Numbered from the stretch's first letter, positions 46,268 to 56,211 are shown. The stretch is DNA of 64,000 nt from Chitinophagales bacterium (GCA_046329555.1 JAXLUK010000001.1:790855-854854), one strand, 5' to 3'. Numbers and translations are program-made. Notes: a model not told the origin generated them from the sequence alone.

Positions 46268-48133
46268 CTAACGTACGGTAAACCGTTTCTTAACCAACAA
46301 ATTGCCTTCGCTTTCCAACGCTACAGCATAAATACCTGCTGCCAATTGTCGGGTAGAAAACTGAATACGATGTTCACCAGCACCCAGGTAGGTTGATGAT
46401 ACAGGCACTTCAGTTATGGCGCCATTCATCGCCATTACCTTCATGGTAATAAATCGTGGCTTGTGGTTATTGAACTTCAACGTCACCAAATCCTGATCGG
46501 CAGGAACAGGATATAACTGCGCATCGCCTGATTCCGACGCCGCATCTGCTACTCCGGTAGGAAATCCTTCTGAAATTTTTGAAATGACATTCGTCCAACC
46601 GTGCGCCGTATTACCTGAACCCATAAAGGTCCATGCCTCTCTACCACTGGCATTAAAGTTTCTGCAAATCGCTGAATAATCACCCCACCTCGACATATTA
46701 TTTGATGGCGATTTGTTGACATAGCTTTTACCTGTATCTACCAAAAATATATCGCCGATGCTCATATCGTTATTCATGATGAAGGCCAACGACCCCGGAA
46801 ATGCTTGAGAAGGTGAATGCGCTACATGAATTAACGATACCTGAGGCGCAGATGCTGTGCCCCAATTCACAATAGAAGGATAGCTTAAATCGGCTGCGCT
46901 AACCGCCAAAACATAATTTTGTGCTTGCCAACCTTGCGCTGAAGCGGTAAGGCGTGCATAATAAATGCCATTATATTGGGTAGAAGTGACGGTAGTATGT
47001 ACGCTGTGAATAATCCCGTTAAGATAATAAGCGTCCTTTAATCTGGCATCACCCGGATTAAGCCCTATGGTGGTGCCCGCTTGAACTGCAGCTACCGGAT
47101 TGTTGTACGTTTCCGGTAATTGGATGAAGATATCTGTGCGCACCGGCAAATTGGCGCTGGCGGCCTTACCTACAATGGTGTAGATTGATACGGTATCTGT
47201 TGGGCCGCCTGCCTGCCCGGGGCGTTGCAAACTCAATACATACATACTGTCGCCGTAATCACCACAGCGACCTTCACCCACTGGCATTAACGTAGAATTT
47301 CCTTTGCTGCTGAAATTATCCCAGTGCACCATGGGCACAGCGGTATCGCCATTAAACAAAGCCTGCTTATCTATCTGAAACAAATAGGCGTCGGTAAGCG
47401 CAGTTCCGGAATACAAATTACCACTGATGAAAAGATCTGATTTGGAAAACGCCATTGAGGGATGGTCAAACCAATATCCCTTATTCAAAAAATCGCCCTT
47501 GATGGTATATACATTCCAATCCGAAAGCGGATCTTCACTGGTGGATGTCATCACGACGATTTGCGAAGTGCTGGCCAATGCATCACAGGTTATGGCAGCC
47601 ATCATAAATCTATGGTTGGTGCAATCGTACCGAATGCGGGGATCACACAAGCGGGAGGATAGTATAGTGATATTGGAATCGTTGCCCTGGATATGCCCAA
47701 GAAGCGACTTGGTGTATAATAGATTCCCAAAAGTATCCGATATGTTTACGTTCGCATTTACCGCCGAAATAATTTGCCCTGTACCATTTATCGCTATAGC
47801 GTAATCAGGCGGCATGGTGGTGGTAGCGTTGGCCACGAACTGCGTTCCGATTTCAATTCCCGCAGCTCTACTACTTCTCGCCGTAAAATTGCCCGTTGGC
47901 GCACCAGAAGCCTTGCTTCGCTTCAGTTCTAAATTCGCCTGTTGAAGGTCAACCTCCAGGTCATCATCTGCCTTATCGCGCACCAATTCAAACGTTGGTC
48001 GCAATTGAATATGGTCAGATTGAAGCGCCACTTTTCTGGTTAACTGAAGGCTGCACTTATGGCCGGTTGCAGCAGACTGACCATAACCATAATTTAAAGC
48101 AAACAGCGTGAGTAGAAGAATCAATACCCGCAT
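46268..48133 (-). CDS. Secreted protein with T9SS C-terminal sorting domain
   Basis: Signal peptide (MRVLILLLTLFALNYGYGQ) and C-terminus LYPVPADQDLVTLKF...GIYAVALE. Confidence 0.7.
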   Translation of the reverse strand: MRVLILLLTLFALNYGYGQSAATGHKCSLQLTRKVALQSDHIQLRPTFELVRDKADDDLEVDLQQANLELKRSKASGAPTGNFTARSSRAAGIEIGTQFVANATTTMPPDYAIAINGTGQIISAVNANVNISDTFGNLLYTKSLLGHIQGNDSNITILSSRLCDPRIRYDCTNHRFMMAAITCDALASTSQIVVMTSTSEDPLSDWNVYTIKGDFLNKGYWFDHPSMAFSKSDLFISGNLYSGTALTDAYLFQIDKQALFNGDTAVPMVHWDNFSSKGNSTLMPVGEGRCGDYGDSMYVLSLQRPGQAGGPTDTVSIYTIVGKAASANLPVRTDIFIQLPETYNNPVAAVQAGTTIGLNPGDARLKDAYYLNGIIHSVHTTVTSTQYNGIYYARLTASAQGWQAQNYVLAVSAADLSYPSIVNWGTASAPQVSLIHVAHSPSQAFPGSLAFIMNNDMSIGDIFLVDTGKSYVNKSPSNNMSRWGDYSAICRNFNASGREAWTFMGSGNTAHGWTNVISKISEGFPTGVADAASESGDAQLYPVPADQDLVTLKFNNHKPRFITMKVMAMNGAITEVPVSSTYLGAGEHRIQFSTRQLAAGIYAVALESEGNLLVKKRFTVR

Positions 48134-48196
48134 AGTTGATTTTTTAGTTATATCTTTTAAAGATATATAAAACTCGCAATGCGGCCGCAGCAAAGC

Positions 48197-49129
48197 TTAG
48201 GCAAACAACGTCTCTACAAACAGCGCAGGATCAAACAACTGTAGTTTGTCGATGGCTTCGCCTACACCAATATATTTTACGGGTATATTAAACTGATCAG
48301 AAATACCAATCACCACGCCGCCCTTGGCTGTACCATCCAATTTGGTAATGGCCAGCGCGCTCACCTGCGTGGCCGCCGTAAACTGGCGCGCCTGCTCCAC
48401 CGCGTTTTGTCCGGTGCTGCCATCCAGTACCAGCAACACTTCATGAGGCGCATCCGGAATTACCTTCTGCATCACGCGACGAATTTTGGTGAGCTCATTC
48501 ATCAAATCAATGCGGTTGTGCAAACGCCCTGCCGTATCAATAATCACCACATCGGCCTGTACGGCCACACCTTTTTCCAGCGCCTGAAACGCCACCGAAG
48601 CAGGATCAGCATTCAAAGCGCCCTGAATCATATCCACTCCGCTGCGCTGGGCCCAAACCGCCAGTTGATCAACGGCGGCGGCGCGAAACGTATCGGCAGC
48701 GCCCAGCACCACTTTTTTGCCATTGTTCTTGAACAAATGCGCCAGCTTGCCAATGGTAGTGGTTTTGCCCGCACCATTCACGCCTACCACCATCATCACA
48801 TACGGTTTTTTGGTGTCAGAAGTATCAGCAGGATGTTGCTTGAGCAAGGCGGCTATTTCATCTTTCATGATGCCGTTCAGTTCAGCGGTAGAGGTGAATT
48901 TATCGCGCGCCACCCGGGCTTCAATGTTCTTGATAATTTTTACGGTTGTTTGCAGCCCAACATCTGAAGAAATCAGTGCTTCTTCCAGGTGATCCAGGAC
49001 TTCATCATCAATTTTAGTTTTTCCGGCTACCGCGCGGGCAATTTTTCCAAAGAAGCCCTCCTTTGTTTTTTCTAACCCTTTGTTGAGGTCGTCTTTCTTG
49101 TTTTTCGAAAAGAAATCAAATAAACCCAC
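48197..49129 (-). CDS. ftsY: Signal recognition particle receptor FtsY
   Basis: NG domain motifs (GVNGAGKTTTIGKLA; DTAGRL; TKLDGTAKGG). Confidence 0.95.
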   Translation of the reverse strand: MGLFDFFSKNKKDDLNKGLEKTKEGFFGKIARAVAGKTKIDDEVLDHLEEALISSDVGLQTTVKIIKNIEARVARDKFTSTAELNGIMKDEIAALLKQHPADTSDTKKPYVMMVVGVNGAGKTTTIGKLAHLFKNNGKKVVLGAADTFRAAAVDQLAVWAQRSGVDMIQGALNADPASVAFQALEKGVAVQADVVIIDTAGRLHNRIDLMNELTKIRRVMQKVIPDAPHEVLLVLDGSTGQNAVEQARQFTAATQVSALAITKLDGTAKGGVVIGISDQFNIPVKYIGVGEAIDKLQLFDPALFVETLFA

Positions 49130-49149
49130 GGTTCAATTTTGGGGCGAAT

Positions 49150-50185
49150 ATAAGCAGTCTTTTCAAGCAGGCGGGATTACAGCGGGAGCGCGATGTGGGT
49201 GGGGGGTGTGGGACTGTTCGATGTTCGACTTTTCGATGTTCGATGGTTCGATGTTTGACGATTTGGGACGTTTGGGACGATATGGACTTTTTGGACGATG
49301 GGGACTTGCTGAATAATCGGGAGGTGAATCGTGGCAAGAAGTAGATGCGGTTTGTAACCGCAGCAATCAATTGGGTTAAACGTCATGAATTGATCGCTGG
49401 CCGCGAGATGCGGTGCTACCCCTGCTGGTCGTAGCGTTTAGACTCATTTCTGGAACTTACCTGAATTTTGCTTTCGCTACGACCAACGGAGAAAGGCGAT
49501 TAAGAGATTAGCGTAACGATGCGCCGCGTCTCGCGGCTGGGGCGCGACAACTTAAGTTTTCTTAATAGAGCGGAATCGACATGTTCCATTCTGGCAACAG
49601 GATAATCATTCTGTAGAACTAACCACCAATGAAGCGCCGGAGACTTGCGCGAGATGGCTGGATTGATCGGCCTGGCCGCGGGACGCGGCGCTTCTAAGCG
49701 CAAATCTCTTTCTCAATAAATTCGTTGGACGTAGCGAATGGAAAATGGAGTAAATTTGGAAATGAGTCTCAACGCTACGCCCAGCATGCGAAATTTACAA
49801 TAAAGCTTTGCATGTTGGAGTGGATTGATCAGTCTGGCCGCGGGACGCGGCGCCTCTAAGCGTCAATCTCTTTCTCAACAAATTCGTTGGACGTAGCGAA
49901 TGGAAAATGGAGTAAATTTGGAAATGAGTCTCAACGCTACGCCCAGCATGCCGTTCCAACATCGTAAGTCTTTTCAGATGCTGCTCCAAAAAAGGATTTT
50001 CGCTCCGCCCCCTCGCGCTCGTGGCAAGTGCCATAAGGTGCGCGGAAGCGATGTTCGACGTTAGGGACCATGGGGACTGTTGGGGCGGTTGGGACTTGCT
50101 GAATAATGGTGTGGTTTTCTAATGGGTATAGTGTTCCAATGACAAGGCCAGTGAGCCCAAATCAATTTACCATTTACAATTCACA
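49150..50185. repeat. Composite repeat island, left copy of the direct pair bracketing gene 50322-51920
   Basis: Module order: GGGAC/TTCGATG arrays (49196-49305), R1 unit (49430-49540, +), spacer, two tandem R2 units (49672-49779 and 49834-49941, -), half-hairpin block, GGGAC array (50045-50098), GCTGAATAAT..AATCAATTTACCATT block. Confidence 0.8.
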
Positions 50186-50321
50186 ATTTGCTGGGGTTTG
50201 CGCTAAAACTACGAGCTGCAGAACCAATGCCGCCGCAATTACCGGGAAATAATGACTAAATTCTTACTAAATGCGCTTTTAAGGCCTTACCCATCTTAGA
50301 TTTACAGGAATAAAAACTGTC

Positions 50322-51920
50322 ATGAAAAACATACTTTTTTCTATTGCCGTACTGGCCATCAGCAGTACTACCTTTGCTCAACTTGGTTTAACTGCATTAG
50401 CTAACCCTACGCCCTACGATGTATTAAAAGAAGTAGATGGTAAACTCTATGGTCATAGCGCATATCTCTGGGGTAACACCGCGGTGTATCAAATTGATGA
50501 GAATACTGGTGCGGCATCTCACATTGCTACAAATAAACGACAGCCAGGACCTAATGTAGTGTCGCAATATTTATTCCACATCGGAAATAAAGTGGGTTAT
50601 CTCGATAAGTTTGGCGTGAACACCGCACTGTTTGTGATGGATACCGTTTCAACAGATTCTATCCTTTCATTTCCAACTGCAGCAGGCCTTTTAGAATATG
50701 CAGTACAAATCAAAGGGAACGTTTATGTGAAATTTGAAAAGGCATTATTCCTAACCGATTTAACCGCTGCCGGTACCATACAAATTGATCAGATTAATCA
50801 GGCGTCGTGGTTGCCTCAGTATGTTGCCGGCGACAGTGTATTGTATTACACCAAAAACAGCAGTGCTACTGGGAAATCGTACTTCTGCATGGCTCGTGGC
50901 GCCACTGTTGAAATTATCGATAGTGTAACAACTGCGCAACAGAGTTATGACATTACCTCGCATATTGGCGCTTCGGTTTATCTGGTTTTAAACCCAATGC
51001 AATACGGCCAGGTGGTTATTAAAAAGGTAACAGGAAATACAGTTCAAACACTGGCAACCGTTGGGAATATGCTCTACAATAATGGTGTAAAACGGAGTAG
51101 CATTGGTACCGCTCAATACATTACTATGATTATGCGACCGCAAGCGGCACCCATGAATCAATTGTTTGCCTATAACATCCTCAATAATTCATTCACACAA
51201 CTCACTAATTTCACTACTGATAATGCCATGACGGTAAATCGCGCGATGACAGGTGCAGGAAACACCTTCGTGAATATGATGGTGAATTTTAAACCGGAGC
51301 TTTGGATAACTAATGGCACGGCCTCCGGAACAAAGTTCTATGCCAAAGACTTTACCAATGGTTTTTCCTTTGAAGAAGATCAGGTTTCTTTCGACCTTCC
51401 CAGCTATGCTACCGTTTGTGAAGATTACCCATTAGCCGGTATGAGTAGTGATTCTCTGGCGCCAAGGGATGTTGAGTATTTTTTTGGAAAAGCATCTGGT
51501 ATGCAGAAGTATAACATTGCGGAACTAGGTAGTTCAAGCCCACGCTGGTTTCATAAGCTAAACGGCATTACCTATTTTCTGGCCAACGTAAATCCGGGCA
51601 CAGCCCCTAATGACCTAACCCTTTTCAAGGCAAATTTTTGCGAGTTGCATGTAGGCCTTTCTGAAATTTCTGCTGAAGAAATTACCATGCAGGTGGCACC
51701 GAATCCATCAGCAGGATTTGAACAAGTAACCATCACAACCGCTGAGCAGTTAACGCGCTGTGAACTTTATGACCTAACCGGTAGAATGGTATGGCAAACA
51801 CCATTGTCGAATGGCAAAGCAACATTGAATGCTTCCCTTCTTGCTCCTGGAATGTACACTGTAAAAGCATGGAATGGCGAAAAGACTTCTGTAGCTACCA
51901 GCCGGTTAATCAAAGATTGA
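50322..51920 (+). CDS. Secreted ELWxxDG-repeat-like protein with T9SS C-terminal sorting domain
   Basis: Signal peptide, an ELWITNGTASGT motif, and C-terminus MQVAPNPSAGFEQVTI...GMYTVKAW. Confidence 0.7.
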   Translation: MKNILFSIAVLAISSTTFAQLGLTALANPTPYDVLKEVDGKLYGHSAYLWGNTAVYQIDENTGAASHIATNKRQPGPNVVSQYLFHIGNKVGYLDKFGVNTALFVMDTVSTDSILSFPTAAGLLEYAVQIKGNVYVKFEKALFLTDLTAAGTIQIDQINQASWLPQYVAGDSVLYYTKNSSATGKSYFCMARGATVEIIDSVTTAQQSYDITSHIGASVYLVLNPMQYGQVVIKKVTGNTVQTLATVGNMLYNNGVKRSSIGTAQYITMIMRPQAAPMNQLFAYNILNNSFTQLTNFTTDNAMTVNRAMTGAGNTFVNMMVNFKPELWITNGTASGTKFYAKDFTNGFSFEEDQVSFDLPSYATVCEDYPLAGMSSDSLAPRDVEYFFGKASGMQKYNIAELGSSSPRWFHKLNGITYFLANVNPGTAPNDLTLFKANFCELHVGLSEISAEEITMQVAPNPSAGFEQVTITTAEQLTRCELYDLTGRMVWQTPLSNGKATLNASLLAPGMYTVKAWNGEKTSVATSRLIKD

Positions 51921-51989
51921 TTGACGCTTTATGTATTACGCCTGAAGTAGTACCTACCGCGATGATATTCACTTTTGAGGGCTGCATTT

Positions 51990-52640
51990 GTTCCCGTGCT
52001 GGTCGTAGCGTTTAGACTCATTTCTGAAACTCACCTGAATTTTGCTTTCGCTACGACCAACGGAGAAAGGCAGTTAAGAGATTAGCGTAACGATGCGCCG
52101 CGTCTCGCGGCTAGGGCTTGACAATCTAATTTTCTTAATAGAGCGTAACCGCCATGTTCAATTCTGGCAACAGGATAATCATTCTGTAGAACTAACCACC
52201 AATGAAGCGTCAGAGACTATTGTGGTGTAAAAGGATTGGTAAAGCTTTGCATAATGGATAGATCAGCCTGGCCGCGAGACGCGGCGCTTCTAAGCGCCAA
52301 CTCCTTTCTCAGCAAATTCTTAGGACGTAGCGAATGGAAAACGGAGTAAATTTGGAAATGAGTCTAAACGCTACGCCCAGCATGGGTTCGACTTTCCGAT
52401 GTTCGATGTTCGACTATTGGGACGGTTTGGACGATGGGGACATAAAGACGATTGGGACTCTTAGCTGCCGCGAGATGGCGCTACACCCGGCACTATGCGC
52501 TAAGCGGAAGCGATTGAAGCGGTAGCCCGCAGCGCGGCGAGGAACGAAGCCGTGCGAGGACTACAAGCGAAAAGCGCGGTGCTGCAAAACAACTTACGAT
52601 GTTTTGAAAACATCGTAAGTTGTTTTGCAGCAGCCGCCAT
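51990..52640. repeat. Composite repeat island, right copy of the direct pair
   Basis: It contains an R1 unit (52004-52113, +), the same spacer as at 49580-49640, an R2 unit (52269-52375, -), TTCGATG/GGGAC arrays (52385-52460), a GC-rich block and the palindromic hairpin. Confidence 0.8.
52581..52631. repeat. Second copy of the 25-bp-arm palindromic hairpin
   Basis: GCTGCAAAACAACTTACGATGTTTT-g-AAAACATCGTAAGTTGTTTTGCAGC. It differs from 28118-28168 by a paired change (A>C in the left arm, T>G in the right arm) that keeps the stem perfect. Confidence 0.9.
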
Positions 52641-52644
52641 CATC

Positions 52645-52695
52645 ATCAAAATAAAAATCCCGCTACTACCGGCCTGAGCCGGCAATAGCGGGATG
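52645..52695 (-). terminator. Rho-independent terminator after the rpmB-rpmG-DUF4295 genes
   Basis: ATCCCGCTA...TAGCGGGAT stem with an inner CCGGC/GCCGG stem. The minus strand follows with TTTTATTTT. Confidence 0.6.
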
Positions 52696-52713
52696 CTTTG
52701 CCTTAAAAAGCAA

Positions 52714-52881
52714 TTAGTCTTGCGCCTTCAGAAACTCCTGCACCTTGTCTTTGTGCACGATTTTCTCCAGGAAGCCGTATGAACCGGTTTTACCTTTTAC
52801 CGCCTTAATTACGCGTACGTAGTCTTTTGAACCTACCTGCGCCGTACGGTCGGTACGGGCGTTCTTCGATACTTTTGCCAT
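52714..52881 (-). CDS. DUF4295-family small protein (55 aa; not in the ORF track)
   Basis: Hand translation gives MAKVSKNARTDRTAQVGSKDYVRVIKAVKGKTGSYGFLEKIVHKDKVQEFLKAQD*. It lies 2 nt downstream of rpmG, the usual Bacteroidota position. Confidence 0.8.
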   Translation of the reverse strand: MAKVSKNARTDRTAQVGSKDYVRVIKAVKGKTGSYGFLEKIVHKDKVQEFLKAQD

Positions 52882-52883
52882 GG

Positions 52884-53072
52884 TTATTTAATTTCTTTGT
52901 GAACAGTTACTTTTTTCAGGATGGGGTTGTACTTGCGCAACTCGATACGCTCCGTAGTAGTTTTACGGTTTTTGTATGTCATATAGCGCGAAGTGCCGGG
53001 CTGGCCGCTGGCCTTGTGCTCGGTGCATTCCAGAATCACCTGGATGCGATTGCCTTTTGATTTCTTTGCCAT
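52884..53072 (-). CDS. rpmG: 50S ribosomal protein L33
   Basis: [20 protein letters not shown]...[19 protein letters not shown] is a full-length L33 pattern. Confidence 0.95.
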   Translation of the reverse strand: MAKKSKGNRIQVILECTEHKASGQPGTSRYMTYKNRKTTTERIELRKYNPILKKVTVHKEIK

Positions 53073-53091
53073 GTCTTAATTCAATTAAAGA

Positions 53092-53334
53092 TTAACGCAA
53101 TGCAATTTCGCCCTTCTTACTCAAATCTTTCAGGTAAGCGTAAATGCCTTTCTTATTAATAGTGCGGATGGCGGTGGTGCTCACTTTCAGTGTTACCCAC
53201 TCGTCCAGCTCCTGAATATAAAAGCGTTTAACTTTTAAGTTCGGAAGGAACTTGCGCTTCGTTTTCCGGTTGGAGTGCGAAACGTGGTGACCAAACATTG
53301 GTCCTTTTCCCGTCAAATCACAAAAACGTGCCAT
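53092..53334 (-). CDS. rpmB: 50S ribosomal protein L28
   Basis: [33 protein letters not shown] is the L28 signature. Confidence 0.95.
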   Translation of the reverse strand: MARFCDLTGKGPMFGHHVSHSNRKTKRKFLPNLKVKRFYIQELDEWVTLKVSTTAIRTINKKGIYAYLKDLSKKGEIALR

Positions 53335-53370
53335 ATTGTTGTTTTACTGGATTCTTAAAATTGTTTCTAA

Positions 53371-53895
53371 TTAATTGCCGCGCTCTTCGAGTGCTTTTAC
53401 CAGACCGGCAATTTTTTGTCCTGCCGAACCTTGCAAACCGCCGATAACATTCTTCATTGGCGATTGCAGCAAGCCGATGATTTCGCCAATCAGTTCTGCT
53501 TTCGACTTCAGCTTGCTGAGCACTTCAATCTGGTTGTCGCCGATGAAGGCATCGCCATCAATGTAAGCGCCTTTCAGCAAAGGCTTATCGTTTTTCTCGC
53601 GGAACTCTTTCAGCACTTTTGCAGGAACCGAACCTTCTTTGGAGAAGATAATACCGGTTGATCCTTTCAGTGTTTCAAACATCGGGGTATAGTTACCATC
53701 CAATTGCTCGAGTGCTTTTTGAATCAGCGTATTTTTAGCCACGCGGTATTCCAGTCCTTTGCTGAAACACAAACGGCGGAAATTGTTGATTTTCTCTACA
53801 GTGAGGGAAGAGGAATCGCAGATGTAGAAGAAATTGCAATCCGCAAATTTTTCTTTCAGTTCTGCTATTTCGTTATTTTTTGATGCCTTGTCCAT
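53371..53895 (-). CDS. rplJ: 50S ribosomal protein L10
   Basis: 174 aa with an L10 pattern (FYICDSSSLTVEKINNFRRLCFSKGLEYRVAKNTL). It follows rplA. Confidence 0.9.
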   Translation of the reverse strand: MDKASKNNEIAELKEKFADCNFFYICDSSSLTVEKINNFRRLCFSKGLEYRVAKNTLIQKALEQLDGNYTPMFETLKGSTGIIFSKEGSVPAKVLKEFREKNDKPLLKGAYIDGDAFIGDNQIEVLSKLKSKAELIGEIIGLLQSPMKNVIGGLQGSAGQKIAGLVKALEERGN

Positions 53896-53927
53896 TTTTT
53901 CTCTCTTTTAATTGGTTATGAAATGGG

Positions 53928-54623
53928 TTACAGGCCCGCTACTGTTTTGTAATCAACATTGATGCCCGGGCTCATGGTGCTGGCCATAGAGATACCTTTG
54001 AAGTAAACGCCCTTGGCAGATGCCGGCTTCATTTTCGACAAGGTTTGCAGCAGGGCGGCAGCATTCTCATTGATTTGCTGCGCCGAGAAGGAGATACGTC
54101 CGATAGACGTATGCACGATGCCGAATTTATCTACTTTGAAGGCAATCTTACCTTGTTTTACTTCGCTAACGGCCTTACCTACTTCCGGAGAAACGGTTCC
54201 TGATTTAGGATTCGGCATTAAGTTACGCGGACCGAGTACTTTACCCAGTTTAGCGATTTTGGCCATCACGTTTGGCGTAGCAATTACCACGTCAAAATCC
54301 ATCCAACCGCTTTCCACTTTTTGTACGTATTCGTCGAGACCTACGAAATCGGCACCGGCTTTTTTCGCTTCTTCTTCCTTATCAGGAGTAGTAAGCACCA
54401 GTACTTTCTTGGTTTTACCCGTTCCATGCGGAAGGGCAACGGTACCGCGGATAGCCTGATCGGCTTTCTTAGGGTCAACCCCCAGTGCGATGTGTAAATC
54501 CACCGAAGCGTCGAACTTTGTGGTATTTACTTTTTTCACCAATGCGGAAGCATCAGTGAGGGTGTACTCTTTTTTCGAGTCCACCAGGCCTTCTACAGCC
54601 TTTCTTTTCTTCGTTAATTTCAT
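53928..54623 (-). CDS. rplA: 50S ribosomal protein L1
   Basis: Full-length L1 similarity ([34 protein letters not shown]). Confidence 0.95.
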   Translation of the reverse strand: MKLTKKRKAVEGLVDSKKEYTLTDASALVKKVNTTKFDASVDLHIALGVDPKKADQAIRGTVALPHGTGKTKKVLVLTTPDKEEEAKKAGADFVGLDEYVQKVESGWMDFDVVIATPNVMAKIAKLGKVLGPRNLMPNPKSGTVSPEVGKAVSEVKQGKIAFKVDKFGIVHTSIGRISFSAQQINENAAALLQTLSKMKPASAKGVYFKGISMASTMSPGINVDYKTVAGL

Positions 54624-54701
54624 AACGTTGTTTTATGTGGTCCAGCGCTCGCCCGGGGCGAACTCCCACGTTAAAAAATATCGGTTTCGGGTAGCAAAAC
54701 T

Positions 54702-55145
54702 TTATTTTTCCCAAGGTGCTGGTCCGTCCAGCGTAAAGCCTGCGCTCTTCGCAGAACCGGCCACCATGCTCATCGCGCTTTCCACGGTGAAGCAGTTCAG
54801 GTCAGTCATTTTCTCTTCTGCTACTTTGCGGATGATATCCCAGCTAACCGAACCGATTTTTTTACGGTTAGGTTCTGCTGAGCCAGCCTGCTTCTTGGTC
54901 AATTCCATTAACAGGTTGTGCGCAGGAGGCGTTTTGATCACGAAGTCGAAAGACTTGTCGGTGTACACCGTAATCACCACAGGCAATACTTTGCCGGGCT
55001 TGTCTTGCGTGCGCGCATTGAACTGCTTGCAGAATTCCATAATGTTCACCCCTTTGGAACCCAAAGCAGGACCTACCGGAGGAGCCGGATTAGCCTGGCC
55101 ACCTTTCACTTGCAGTTTTACGAATGTTGCGATTTCCTTTGCCAT
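54702..55145 (-). CDS. rplK: 50S ribosomal protein L11
   Basis: [34 protein letters not shown] is the L11 signature. Confidence 0.95.
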   Translation of the reverse strand: MAKEIATFVKLQVKGGQANPAPPVGPALGSKGVNIMEFCKQFNARTQDKPGKVLPVVITVYTDKSFDFVIKTPPAHNLLMELTKKQAGSAEPNRKKIGSVSWDIIRKVAEEKMTDLNCFTVESAMSMVAGSAKSAGFTLDGPAPWEK

Positions 55146-55186
55146 ATCATTTAAATTTCAAATTCTTAAATCAGTTCAGTTCGGGT

Positions 55187-55735
55187 TTATACAATTTTTT
55201 CTACTTGCTGGAAGTTCACTTCAACCGGCGTCTTTCTTCCAAAAATTTTCACCGTTACTTTCAGTTTCTTCTTCTCGTTATTAATCTCTTCAATAGTGCC
55301 GATAAAGTCGTTGAAAGGACCATCAATCACCTTCACTTCTTCGTTGATGATAAACGGTTCCACCATGGTTTCGCCGCCTTCCATCAGTTCATCCATCTTA
55401 CCCAAGAGGCGGTTCACTTCACCCGGGCGCAGTGGCTCAGGCGCTTTTCCACCCAGAAAACCCAGGTTGCCATGCACCTGACGCAGTTGCTGAATCACTT
55501 CTGCGGTTAATCCGCTTGGTGAGGCTTCCACATAGAGATAACCCGGATAAGAGGTTTTCTCCTTAATTGTTTTCTTACCATTCTTGATGGTGTACACTTT
55601 TTCCGTAGGTACGTGAATCGCGCTCACCACTTTATCGAGGCCCGAACGGGAAATCTCCAGCAACAGGTGTTCGCGTATTTTGCGCTCCTGTCCGCTGATC
55701 ACCCGCAGGGTATACCATTTTTTATCTTCAGCCAT
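55187..55735 (-). CDS. nusG: Transcription termination/antitermination factor NusG
   Basis: An NGN domain (KWYTLRVISGQE) plus a KOW domain. It follows secE. Confidence 0.95.
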   Translation of the reverse strand: MAEDKKWYTLRVISGQERKIREHLLLEISRSGLDKVVSAIHVPTEKVYTIKNGKKTIKEKTSYPGYLYVEASPSGLTAEVIQQLRQVHGNLGFLGGKAPEPLRPGEVNRLLGKMDELMEGGETMVEPFIINEEVKVIDGPFNDFIGTIEEINNEKKKLKVTVKIFGRKTPVEVNFQQVEKIV

Positions 55736-55935
55736 TACGGATGTAAAATTTTGTACAATCCTTGCTGGATTGCGGTCTTGGAAATCAGATCCATGCCCAC
55801 CACCAACAACGCAATGATACTAGCCGCTACCAGCACCACCAGCGCGCTTTGTTGCAATTCCGCCCACGTAGGCCAAGTTACTTTATTCACCAGCTCGTCG
55901 TACGCTTCTTCGAAGTATAGCCTGATCTTTTCCAT
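55735..55935 (-). CDS. secE: Preprotein translocase subunit SecE
   Basis: 66 aa with a single C-terminal TM helix and KVTWPTW motif. The longer ORF start (55995) would overlap the tRNA. Confidence 0.85.
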   Translation of the reverse strand: MEKIRLYFEEAYDELVNKVTWPTWAELQQSALVVLVAASIIALLVVGMDLISKTAIQQGLYKILHP

Positions 55936-55965
55936 AATCAATTTTAAAGGTTGCCCTCTTTTCTG

Positions 55966-56036
55966 CACGGGAACAAGGATTCGAACCCTGATCAAAGGTT
56001 TTGGAGACCTCTATTCTACCATTGAACTATTCCCGT
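55966..56036 (-). tRNA. tRNA-Trp (anticodon CCA)
   Basis: Hand-folded cloverleaf: acceptor ACGGGAA/TTCCCGT, D-arm GTTCAATGGTAGAA, anticodon stem GAGGT/ACCTT with loop CTCCAAA, and T-arm CAGGG-TTCGAAT-CCTTG. CCA is not encoded. This is the canonical position upstream of secE. Confidence 0.9.
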
Positions 56037-56211
56037 ATTCCCACTCCATTTAAGGGGCAAAAAAAGCAAGACTTTTCCCGCCCATTCCTAAAAATGGGAC
56101 GCAAATATACACTTTTATGTGGATAAAAAAAATGGATTTGGGCATTACCGGGCCGCCCTTCGGTTTCAGGCTGCCAATGCCCTCAACCTGAATCATTTCT
56201 ATCTTCGCCCC

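Noticed and set aside
49116-49386. Three overlapping minus-strand ORFs (49116-49370, 49163-49366, 49177-49386) and the + ORF 49080-49316 lie upstream of ftsY.
   Set aside because: They run through the GGGAC/TTCGATG tandem arrays for the same reason as above. Their low-complexity products (SNIEPSNIEKSNIEQ, MFDFSMFDGSMFD) mirror the DNA repeat.
54490-55284. A 264-aa + strand ORF, plus 54013-54459, 54918-55154 and 55124-55510.
   Set aside because: They are antisense to the unmistakable rplA, rplK and nusG genes. Their low-complexity composition is typical of shadow ORFs.
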